DNA from: Bacteroidales bacterium
GTDB taxonomy: Bacteria; Bacteroidota; Bacteroidia; Bacteroidales; VadinHA17
Direction: 5' to 3'
DNA: 64,000 bases
NCBI GenBank assembly: GCA_029974835.1
Contig: JARKQN010000039.1
Coordinates: 15,127 to 79,126 of the forward strand
The translations under genes were made by a program, and so were the position numbers. Below are positions 9,801 to 17,530 of the stretch, piece after piece. The notes beneath the pieces were generated by a model. It searched no databases. It had not been told where the DNA came from and was given only the letters and a program-made list of their open reading frames with translations. The stretch's first letter is position 1. Every line of letters begins with the position of its first letter.

Positions 9801-10493
9801 ATGAAAGCAAGGATTTTAAATATGGTTATGATAACCGCGGGGCTGGTATTTTTCACGGCAATCCCGGTTCTGGGCCAGGAGAAAACGCAGGAGGCCAGGG
9901 AGAAGGAGCTTAAGCTTCAGCAGGCCATTGAGGAGCAGAAGAAAACCATGACAGAGCAGGCAAAGATACTGCAGGAGCAGGCCGGAGAGCTCTCGAAAAT
10001 ATATAACCAGGAGGCTGAACGTGCGGCTGGCAGCCGCGATCCCAACGATCCCTCAAGAAGGGGAAGAGGCGGTTCCGTTTATATTTCGCGCGACGGCTCC
10101 GATCCTTTCGTCGTAACTCCCGGTATGAATTTCCAGGGCTTCGGATACTGGACAGGCAGCGGCGATTCGGAAAGAACATCCCTCGACTTTTCCAAAACAG
10201 TCAAGGAATCATCCTTTTCAAGGCAGTTCTCGTTCGACGTGGATAAAACGGTTAAGAATGTTATGATGAGCATAAGCGGCGACTGCAAGACGGGAGAGAT
10301 AAGAGTGAAGATACTTATGCCGGGGGGAAAGACCTATTCTGATGTATTAATTGATGAATCCGGTAATCTTAACTGGAGGAAATCTTTTACCGTAAGCGAA
10401 AATGAGAACACCGACAAGGTGGGAGAGTGGATCTTTAAAATTGAAACATCGAAAGCGACCGGATATTTCAGGATATCGCTTCAGACTTTTTAG
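9801..10493 (+). CDS. Hypothetical secreted protein (signal peptide, Q/E-rich coiled segment, C-terminal beta-rich domain)
   Basis: 230-aa ORF with ATG start and a hydrophobic N-terminus, MVMITAGLVFFTAIPVLGQ. No recognisable catalytic motif. It is divergent from the HK/RR pair and has its own terminator. Confidence 0.5.
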   Translation: MKARILNMVMITAGLVFFTAIPVLGQEKTQEAREKELKLQQAIEEQKKTMTEQAKILQEQAGELSKIYNQEAERAAGSRDPNDPSRRGRGGSVYISRDGSDPFVVTPGMNFQGFGYWTGSGDSERTSLDFSKTVKESSFSRQFSFDVDKTVKNVMMSISGDCKTGEIRVKILMPGGKTYSDVLIDESGNLNWRKSFTVSENENTDKVGEWIFKIETSKATGYFRISLQTF

Positions 10494-10516
10494 GTTTTCA
10501 TTTCATTCGAGAAAAG

Positions 10517-10559
10517 AGGGTCACACGCGGCAGAGCGCTGCTGTGACCCTTTGGTTTTT
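10517..10559 (+). terminator. Intrinsic terminator after the 230-aa secreted protein gene
   Basis: Stem agggtcaca (10517-10525) / tgtgaccct (10542-10550) is followed by ttggttttt. Confidence 0.55.
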
Positions 10560-10571
10560 CCCGATTTCCTT

Positions 10572-12359
10572 CTACTGCGACTGTGCCGAAGCCTGACCGC
10601 CTTTCACGCTCTCGACGCGAACGGTAAATTTATCACCGCCTTTTACAATCCATTTTACTTTTACCACGTTGCCGGTGCCACCCCCCGACATTCCACCGCG
10701 TCCTCCCTGTCCGCCTCCGGATCCTCCGCTCAGGTAGCCGGGTATATTCTGAATTTCAAGTCTTGCAGGGTTCTTCTTTTGTTCGGTGTTGATATTAAGG
10801 TCCTCATTTCTTACAATCATCCCCGCAAGCACGGTGCCTGCCCCTTCGAGGGTGATATAGTCGGGAAGATCAATCCTGAACCTGAGGTTGCTGGCCGAAT
10901 GGGTAGGGATCATTCTCTTGTTTTCTATGGTGGCCGATACTTCCTTAAGCCCGTTACCTATATTTTTAACGGCTACTTTTGTCACCTCGAGTTTCGGAAG
11001 CTGATATGCGTTGTAGATACAGAAAGCTGCATTCCGGTGGGCATCTGTTTCAAGGAGAAAACCGGGATGAAGCCGTCCGTAATTTTTACTGAAACCTCCT
11101 ATTTCGACTTCCCCGTAAACAGGGTGATTTATTTTCTGCCATGGGATGAAGGCATCTTCAAAAAGTAGGAGTCTGTCGAATTCGTACTGGTCTGTATTTA
11201 ATGTGTCGTAAAACATCAGGTAGGGGGTCCACAGCTCGTTTGAATATACAAAGCATCCCATTGCGCCGTGCATCCAGTCGAGTTCGCCACCCCAGACGGT
11301 GTACATATCTTTCCAGATTGTGAGAAGTTTGTATCCCGGTATTATTTTTTCACCGGTACGTCCTATAGCTTCAATGACCGCATTGTCGGCGCTGCTGTAA
11401 GCTTCGGCGCCGCCGCCCTGGACGGATGGCCCTCTGAGTATCATTCCGCCCGAGTTATGAAACGACTGTGAGCCGGCTATATTTCTGTGTTTCGATACGA
11501 AATCCCTTACTGCCTGGTTCTCGGGGAACGTGAAGGGGTACTTGTCGGCGCCGCTCTGGATGTAATTGGGTTCCCAGTTGAAACCCCAGTCGCGGTTGCC
11601 GTCGTAGCCGCCCGGCCCATCCTCGTTTACCTGGCCGTCGCCGTCATTATCAATACCTTCCTGTCCGAGCAGTTCATATTCACCTTTCTGTCCTGGTTCC
11701 ACCCTGATCATCCTGCGCGGATCTTTCGGGTCGGCGATATAGCTGCCCTCGGGATTTTTTCTTCTCATCTGGCTTATCTCGCCGTCGCCGTTCATATCGT
11801 CGGCTCCGTCCTCATCAAATTTGCCGTCGCGGTCATTATCCCTCGGCACCAGCCCCGACCTTGGGGGAACACCCACGGATGTAAAATACTCCCTTGCGTC
11901 AGGATTGATGGTTGGTGCAATATAAAATGTCTTTTCGGCAAGCAGTTCCCTTATAAAATTATTGGTGGCATACATTTCGCAAAGGTACCATGCGGTGTAC
12001 AGGGCCATTTCTGTTCCCTGGAGCTCGATCGAGTGAATGTTTCCGTCAATCCAGAACCCGGGTTTCAGATCGGGATTGCCCGCTTTTTTATCCGATACGG
12101 TTAGCACAATGATATCCCGGCCCTGGTACGATTTGCCAATTGATTCCATGGTAACCAGGTTCGGATATGCTTTCGCCAGTCGTGAACAGAGGTCTGCAAT
12201 GCCTGCATTGGTGTAGTATTTGTTCCATGAGGCCTGGACTTTGGGATTTGGGGGAGAGCCGGCAGCCCTGAAAAACATTGCATCCTGCTGGGCCGGCGAA
12301 ATGCTGGTTGAAAATAGTATTACAGCCAGTGCTACTGAAAAGTATTTTATGATTTTCAT
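10572..12359 (-). CDS. M14-family zinc carboxypeptidase with DxDxDG calcium-binding-like inserts (predicted active)
   Basis: The ATG at 12359 gives the signal peptide MKIIKYFSVALAVILF. Zn site HxxE is in GNIHSIELQGTE. Other M14-like motifs: INPDAREY, DGNRDWGFNW, a second Zn-His context SQSFHNSGG, and a catalytic Glu context YSNELWT. Asp-rich loops are DNDRDGKFDEDGADDMNGDGE and DNDGDGQVNEDG. Confidence 0.8.
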   Translation of the reverse strand: MKIIKYFSVALAVILFSTSISPAQQDAMFFRAAGSPPNPKVQASWNKYYTNAGIADLCSRLAKAYPNLVTMESIGKSYQGRDIIVLTVSDKKAGNPDLKPGFWIDGNIHSIELQGTEMALYTAWYLCEMYATNNFIRELLAEKTFYIAPTINPDAREYFTSVGVPPRSGLVPRDNDRDGKFDEDGADDMNGDGEISQMRRKNPEGSYIADPKDPRRMIRVEPGQKGEYELLGQEGIDNDGDGQVNEDGPGGYDGNRDWGFNWEPNYIQSGADKYPFTFPENQAVRDFVSKHRNIAGSQSFHNSGGMILRGPSVQGGGAEAYSSADNAVIEAIGRTGEKIIPGYKLLTIWKDMYTVWGGELDWMHGAMGCFVYSNELWTPYLMFYDTLNTDQYEFDRLLLFEDAFIPWQKINHPVYGEVEIGGFSKNYGRLHPGFLLETDAHRNAAFCIYNAYQLPKLEVTKVAVKNIGNGLKEVSATIENKRMIPTHSASNLRFRIDLPDYITLEGAGTVLAGMIVRNEDLNINTEQKKNPARLEIQNIPGYLSGGSGGGQGGRGGMSGGGTGNVVKVKWIVKGGDKFTVRVESVKGGQASAQSQ

Positions 12360-12378
12360 CTCTGACAATTTTATTGGG

Positions 12379-14046
12379 TTACTTTAGGTCGAATGAAGTT
12401 GTAATAGTCCCTGTATTAAGTGCTCCCGCAGTAACGGTAAACCTTCCCTTTCCCGAAACCAGCCAGCTGTATTCGGCGGTGGAATTGCCTTCGAGGCGCT
12501 GTATCCTCTGCACTTTCTGCCCGCTGATGATAGTCTGCCCTTTGGCAGGTTCGGCAGAGATCCTCATAATTCTCGTAAACATGTTGTTATCGCCTGCTTC
12601 AGCACAGGTTGCGAAGATGCCGGCGTTATGCACTTTCAGTGAGATACGGAAGAGGTCGCTGCCTGCATTTTCCACACTTACATCGGTAAACTCAAGTTCC
12701 GGATGCATTCCGGCCACGGCAGTGATGAATTTGTAATTCTTTGTAATGATCTCTTCAGCCTGGTCCGACGGCGGTATTGTCAGTGCGAAAGGGGCTATGC
12801 CGCCGACCTCAACCTTCTTCCCGGGGAAGTCGGGATGTTTTATTTCAGTCCAGGGCACAAAAACTCCCGTTACCTTATTTTCATCGGCCATTCTGAGAAG
12901 GGTAGCCTCAGGGCTTTTTCCCTTGTCGGGATTGATCCACCATCCCGGTGTGGTGAAACAGTACCTCCCATAGTGATAGTATGCCCAGTCGGAGAAGCTG
13001 CCGGGGTTGTTTTTAGCCGGTGGCGTTCCCGTGAATCCTGTTATTTCGCGGTATCTGTCCGAAACTATTTTAATGACTGCTTCGTCGCTTCTCAGAACTG
13101 AAGTCAGCCTGCGGTCGCCGGTAATTCTTGCCTGCTGCTGTCCGGCCGGCTGGGAAAAGGTTCCTGCAGACGGTCTCTCTCCTCCTCTTAAGGGCGGCTG
13201 TCCCAGGTTGTCCTGTGGCCCGAAACTTATCACGGCATATATATTAAAATGGTCGAACAGAAAGTCGGCCACTGCCTTGCTCTCAGTTTCGGATACGGGA
13301 TGGAGCCCCGCTCCCTTCCCGAATTCTTCATAATTATAGGTGAAGTTCATATTGAAGTCGACACCGCCGGGGCCGTCCTCGTTAAAGAGCCCGTCCTTGT
13401 CATTATCGATTCCTTCGCTGTAGACAGTATAAAGTTTCTGCTTTATCCTGGCAAGGTCGGCCTGTGTCATAAGTCTTTTATCGTCGGTGCCTTCGGTCCA
13501 TTTTCCGGCCGGGTCTTCCACTCTTATCTGTGTTATCAGCCCGTCCCTGTTGAGGTCCTCAAAAGGATCCTCGCCTGCGGTGAAATCCCTGTCATCATCG
13601 ACATTCCGGCCGTTAAGAGTTCTTTCATATTTCATTCCTGCAAAATACTGAGCAGAGGCATCCGGATTGACATCGGGAAAGACATAAAAGGTTATTTTGC
13701 CCAGAAGATCCTTAATGCCCTCGGTTCCCGAATCCTTAAGTATGTTTTCTGCAAAGCCCAGAACGATATCCCTTGTGAATACGTAACTGCCGTCAACACC
13801 GCCTGCTACGGCTATGGCGGGTCTGCTGTCGGGATTACTGCTTCCGATGGTCAGAACCCAGACATCATTTCCTCCCTGGGTTTTTCCGATAGATTTAACG
13901 CTGCACAATGCAGGGTAGCCTGCTACAAGCTTGTTGATTCTCTGAACCATCGACTTATAGTCAACGGTTTGAGCCCCGGCCCTGGTAAAAAATGCTGCTG
14001 CTATTACCAGAAAAGCCAGTGCATAAATACCTGTTTTGCTTTTCAT
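12379..14046 (-). CDS. M14-like paralogue lacking the zinc and catalytic residues (predicted pseudo-peptidase)
   Basis: It has the same architecture and Asp-rich loops as the downstream gene (DDDRDFTAGEDPFEDLNRDG, DNDKDGLFNEDGPGG). The HxxE position reads GGVDGSYVFTRD, the second His context reads ISFGPQDN, and the Glu context reads FTTPGWW. It lies 19 nt upstream of the active paralogue. Confidence 0.7.
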   Translation of the reverse strand: MKSKTGIYALAFLVIAAAFFTRAGAQTVDYKSMVQRINKLVAGYPALCSVKSIGKTQGGNDVWVLTIGSSNPDSRPAIAVAGGVDGSYVFTRDIVLGFAENILKDSGTEGIKDLLGKITFYVFPDVNPDASAQYFAGMKYERTLNGRNVDDDRDFTAGEDPFEDLNRDGLITQIRVEDPAGKWTEGTDDKRLMTQADLARIKQKLYTVYSEGIDNDKDGLFNEDGPGGVDFNMNFTYNYEEFGKGAGLHPVSETESKAVADFLFDHFNIYAVISFGPQDNLGQPPLRGGERPSAGTFSQPAGQQQARITGDRRLTSVLRSDEAVIKIVSDRYREITGFTGTPPAKNNPGSFSDWAYYHYGRYCFTTPGWWINPDKGKSPEATLLRMADENKVTGVFVPWTEIKHPDFPGKKVEVGGIAPFALTIPPSDQAEEIITKNYKFITAVAGMHPELEFTDVSVENAGSDLFRISLKVHNAGIFATCAEAGDNNMFTRIMRISAEPAKGQTIISGQKVQRIQRLEGNSTAEYSWLVSGKGRFTVTAGALNTGTITTSFDLK

Positions 14047-14164
14047 GTTAAGATTTAGGATTAAAAAACGTTGTGAATTTAAATTATAAATGCATTCAGC
14101 CTCTTAAAAATCCGGGAAAATTACGGTTGTTTGGGTTTTTTAACAAAACAGGGGGGTGTCTTTC

Positions 14165-14244
14165 ACCGTTTTGCCTCAGCCCGTCGTGTTTTGCCTCACC
14201 CTGTCGTGTTTTGCCTCACCCCGGCGTGTTTTGCCTCACCCCCT
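14165..14244. repeat. Four tandem 20-bp direct repeats (consensus cgtgttttgcctcacccnnn)
   Basis: Units run at 14165-14184, 14185-14204, 14205-14224 and 14225-14244. The core ttgcctca recurs at 14171, 14191, 14211 and 14231. The array lies 119-198 bp upstream of the ATG (14046) of the M14-like operon. Confidence 0.9.
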
Positions 14245-14270
14245 CGGTCCCCCTCTCCAAATGGAGAGCG

Positions 14271-14345
14271 GGAGGTGTAGCCTTTAAGATGTTTTGTGTT
14301 TAGTTTATGTTTTTTATGTCTGTTGCCAAATTGTTTCAGGACAAG
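14271..14345. repeat. 75-bp direct repeat, copy 1
   Basis: Sequence ggaggtgtagcctttaagatgttttgtgtttagtttatgttttttatgtctgttgccaaattgtttcaggacaag. It is identical to copy 2 except at 2 positions. A GC hairpin ctctcc-aaat-ggagag (14253-14268) precedes it. Confidence 0.9.
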
Positions 14346-14385
14346 CGATCCCCCCATCTGGGGGGAATCAAAGGGGGGCTATTTT

Positions 14386-14460
14386 GGAGGCGTAGCCTTT
14401 AAGATGTTTTGTGTTTAGTTTATGTTTTTTATGTCTGTTGCCAAATTGTTTCAGGGCAAG
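14386..14460. repeat. 75-bp direct repeat, copy 2 (115-bp period)
   Basis: 73/75 identical to 14271-14345. The hairpin cccccc-atct-gggggg (14350-14365) precedes it. It ends 8 nt before the stop codon of the 174-aa ORF. Confidence 0.9.
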
Positions 14461-14468
14461 ACAGTGGG

Positions 14469-14993
14469 TCATCCGCGGACTATATTCGGGGGGAGGCGTT
14501 TTTTGAAATTCTTTTCCTCCGTGATGTCATAATTCCTGTCCCATCGGGGATTTTTAACAAACTCGGCAGTGCGGTTATTGAAATAGCCAAGGATATGCCG
14601 GGGCGAAATCCGGTAAATATATTCATCGTTGTCGCTGAGGTAAGGCTTTTCGGTACTCATAACCTCCTCAACGGTTATATCGAGAATATTTGAGAGCCTT
14701 GTGTACCTGTCGTATGTTTCCTTAGGGATGGCGATAATAATGGTATAGATTCCGTACTCCTTTCGCTGGAAGAGAAAGTAAGTAACCTCTATTGGTTCGT
14801 TAGGGTTTACCCTGTCGGTTGAATGGGGTAGCTGGCTCTCATAACGAAAGCCTTCCTCCATTATTTTTTCAGCAATATCATGTTCAAGCGTGTTGTGCAG
14901 GAAGAAATAGCAGTTCCCGATCCCCCTCAGGATTTCCGCAAGTATTTCTCCCTTATTTTTCATCAGGGTTGCCGGGTAATTAGTTAAAGCCAA
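14469..14993 (-). CDS. Hypothetical cytoplasmic protein, no recognisable family
   Basis: 174-aa ORF from the track with a TTG start. An internal ATG would give MKNKGEILAEIL... There is no signal peptide and no motif I can place. It appears more AT-rich than its neighbours. Confidence 0.5.
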   Translation of the reverse strand: MALTNYPATLMKNKGEILAEILRGIGNCYFFLHNTLEHDIAEKIMEEGFRYESQLPHSTDRVNPNEPIEVTYFLFQRKEYGIYTIIIAIPKETYDRYTRLSNILDITVEEVMSTEKPYLSDNDEYIYRISPRHILGYFNNRTAEFVKNPRWDRNYDITEEKNFKKRLPPNIVRG

Positions 14994-15048
14994 AATTAAT
15001 TTATATTATTTTATTTGCAATAAGCGGAGTTTTTAGGCTTCATCCTGT

Positions 15049-15056
15049 TAACTTTG
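15049..15056 (+). promoter_or_regulatory. -7 box TAacTTTG for the metal ABC transporter operon
   Basis: TAACTTTG lies 25 nt upstream of ATG 15081. Confidence 0.45.
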
Positions 15057-15080
15057 TATACTCTTTTCAAAACAGGATTC

Positions 15081-15938
15081 ATGAAGAAATTGTTCATTTT
15101 GGCTGCCGTTATTGCTGTTTTTTCGTGCAGGAGCGGCGATTCTTCCGGAAAGGAAGAAAAGATTGTTACGGTCAGCATTTCTCCCTTTGCCTTTTTTGTT
15201 GAAAAGATTGCAGGTGACGATTTCAGGGTAAACGTCATGGTACCTGCCGGAAGTGATCCGCATCTCTATGAACCCACACCTTCAAAAGTATCGGACCTGA
15301 GAAATTCTGTTGCCTATATAAGCAACGGCTTACTCGATTTTGAGATTGCATGGATGGACAGGTTTCTTTCAGTAAACAGGAATCTGAAACTGTTGAGGCT
15401 GGCCGATTCGGTGAACCTTATCAGGGATGAAGGACACGGGCACGGCATAGAGGCGGATCCACATTTCTGGATAGCGCCTTCAGAAGCCCTTACCATAGCA
15501 TCATCGGTCAAAAACCTCCTCTGCTCCCTTAATCCCGGCATGAGGGATAAATATGAAAGGAACTACAGTCAGATGGCGGATTCAATATCATCCATACACC
15601 GGAAGGCTGCCGCAATGCTGGAACCCTACAGGGGTAGCAGGATTTTTGTTTTCCATCCAACCCTTGGGTATATAGCCCGCGATTACGGACTTGAACAGGT
15701 TGCGATCGAAAAGGAAGGGAAGGAGCCTTCTCCTGCAATGATGAAGGAGGTCATTGATAATATTAAGGCGTCGGGTGCACGCTATATCTTTGTACAGAAA
15801 GAGTTCGACAGAAGGCATGCAGCGGAGGTTGCGGCCGAAACAGGGGCTGAACTCGCAGTAATTGGTACACTCTCGGCCGACTGGTTCGGAGATGTAAACG
15901 GAATTATTGAACAGATTTACAAAAGCCTTGTTAAATAA
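15081..15938 (+). CDS. Metal (Zn/Mn) ABC transporter substrate-binding lipoprotein, ZnuA/TroA-like
   Basis: The ATG at 15081 gives MKKLFILAAVIAVFSC. The track ORF starts at the TTG at 15054. Cluster-9 SBP pattern motifs: DPHLYEPTP, a His-rich loop DEGHGHGIEADPHFW, and FVFHPTLGY. Confidence 0.8.
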   Translation: MKKLFILAAVIAVFSCRSGDSSGKEEKIVTVSISPFAFFVEKIAGDDFRVNVMVPAGSDPHLYEPTPSKVSDLRNSVAYISNGLLDFEIAWMDRFLSVNRNLKLLRLADSVNLIRDEGHGHGIEADPHFWIAPSEALTIASSVKNLLCSLNPGMRDKYERNYSQMADSISSIHRKAAAMLEPYRGSRIFVFHPTLGYIARDYGLEQVAIEKEGKEPSPAMMKEVIDNIKASGARYIFVQKEFDRRHAAEVAAETGAELAVIGTLSADWFGDVNGIIEQIYKSLVK

Positions 15939-15950
15939 GGGTACAATATC

Positions 15951-16697
15951 ATGAGTGTGCTTCTGGAAATAAAAAACGTATATGCCGGTTACGGGGAGAG
16001 AACTGTCCTTGAAGATATAAGCCTGACCATTTCGGAGGGTGACTTTATGGGAGTAATCGGCCCTAACGGCGGAGGAAAGACCACGCTTCTGAAACTCATT
16101 CTCGGCATAGTAAGACCAACCAGCGGTACTGTCAGGTATAACGAATCACTTATCGACCGCAGGAATATCGGTTACCTGCCACAGGTTTCACACGTGGACA
16201 GTGCCTTCCCGCTTGTTGTTAAGGATATTGTACTTTCGGGGCTGATGATGCACAAAAAACTCTACGGGAGAATGGATCGTGCCGACAAGGAGAGGGCACA
16301 AAATATTATACGTGAACTCGGGCTGCAGGGTTACGAAAAGGCGACACTTTCGGAGCTATCGGGCGGACAGGTTCAGAGAGTCTTTCTGGGAAGAGCACTG
16401 GCCGGCAATCCGCGGCTCCTTCTTCTTGATGAACCCGATAATTTCGTGGATACATCGTTTGAGAATGAATTTTACCTCAGGTTAAGGGAACTCAATAAGA
16501 AGATGGCAATACTGATGGCTTCCCACGACGTGGGTACGGTATCGTCGTATGTAAAGTCTTTTGCCTGCGTAAACAGGAAGCTTCATTATCACCCTTCGCC
16601 CGAAATAACCAACGAACAATTGTCGGCCTACGACTGCCCCATCCAGCTTGTGACTCACGGCAGAGTGCCGCATACCGTTCTGGAGAAGCACGAATGA
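15951..16697 (+). CDS. Metal ABC transporter ATP-binding protein (ZnuC-like)
   Basis: Motifs seen: Walker A GPNGGGKTT, signature LSGGQVQRVFL and Walker B LLLLDEP. Confidence 0.85.
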   Translation: MSVLLEIKNVYAGYGERTVLEDISLTISEGDFMGVIGPNGGGKTTLLKLILGIVRPTSGTVRYNESLIDRRNIGYLPQVSHVDSAFPLVVKDIVLSGLMMHKKLYGRMDRADKERAQNIIRELGLQGYEKATLSELSGGQVQRVFLGRALAGNPRLLLLDEPDNFVDTSFENEFYLRLRELNKKMAILMASHDVGTVSSYVKSFACVNRKLHYHPSPEITNEQLSAYDCPIQLVTHGRVPHTVLEKHE

Positions 16698-17530
16698 TTA
16701 TGGAAAGTATTCTTCAATATGACTTTGTAATAAAAGGGCTGCTGGGCTGTCTTTTCGCAAGTATTACAGCAGGAATTGCGGGTACCTATATCGTTTCGAG
16801 AAGGCTCGTTTTTCTCAGCGGCGGCATCACACATGCTTCCTTCGGCGGTATCGGGATAGGGTACTATGCAGGTTTCAGCCCCGTGGCAGGGGCCGCAGTG
16901 TTCGGAATACTCTCCGCCCTCGGAATCGAATATCTTTCCATAAAACAGAAACTGAGAGAAGACTCTGCCATTGGCATTCTGTGGGCGCTGGGTATGGCTA
17001 CCGGGATCATTTTTATATTTCTCACCCCGGGCTACACCCCTAACCTTATGAGCTTTCTTTTCGGCAGCATACTTACAGTCACAACAGCCGACCTTATCTC
17101 GCTGGGACTCCTGTCGGTGGTGCTCATAATCTATTTTTCGGTATTCTACAGGACAATCCTCTATATCTCGTTTGATGAAAACTATGCACGTACATACACT
17201 TCGTACGTGAATGTTTTTAAATACATTACGACAGCCCTCCTGGCACTGACCATCGTACTGAACATCAGGATGGCAGGCGTGGTTCTGGTACTTTCATTGC
17301 TTACCATCCCGCCTAATATTGCAATGCTTTTCACGAGGAACTACGCTTCGGTAATGAGATGGTCGGTGTTATTTGGCTTTATCGGTGCCGTTACAGGGTA
17401 TGGCATGGCATGGTTTGCCGGGATACCTGCAGGGGCTGCAATAATTTTTTCAATGGTGGTTATATGGATAATATCCAGGATTTTTACATCTGTAATCAAA
17501 AAAATTAATAAAAAATACTCCGAATCATGA
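16694..17530 (+). CDS. Metal ABC transporter permease (ZnuB-like, ABC-3 family)
   Basis: Polytopic hydrophobic 278-aa protein. It overlaps the ATPase gene by 4 nt (ATGA). Confidence 0.85.
   Translation: MIMESILQYDFVIKGLLGCLFASITAGIAGTYIVSRRLVFLSGGITHASFGGIGIGYYAGFSPVAGAAVFGILSALGIEYLSIKQKLREDSAIGILWALGMATGIIFIFLTPGYTPNLMSFLFGSILTVTTADLISLGLLSVVLIIYFSVFYRTILYISFDENYARTYTSYVNVFKYITTALLALTIVLNIRMAGVVLVLSLLTIPPNIAMLFTRNYASVMRWSVLFGFIGAVTGYGMAWFAGIPAGAAIIFSMVVIWIISRIFTSVIKKINKKYSES

Noticed and set aside
13249-14058. Long antisense ORFs inside real genes (for example 13249..14058, 10551..11168, 11487..12104, 8334..8885, 17341..18039, 31302..31784, 58537..59304, 60907..61668)
   Set aside because: Each lies entirely opposite a gene with strong family motifs. 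They have odd composition (Cys/Gly/Pro/Arg-rich or low complexity) and lack promoter boxes, so they are shadow ORFs.
14073-14303. 76-aa ORF (…CLSPFCLSPSCFASPCRVLPHPGVFCLTP…)
   Set aside because: Its repetitive peptide is simply the translation of the four 20-bp tandem repeats and the hairpin. It has a GTG start and no coding signal.
14165-14460. Possible CRISPR array
   Set aside because: The 20-mers are contiguous with no spacers. The 75-bp units are too long and occur only twice with a 40-bp gap. No cas genes are present in the window.
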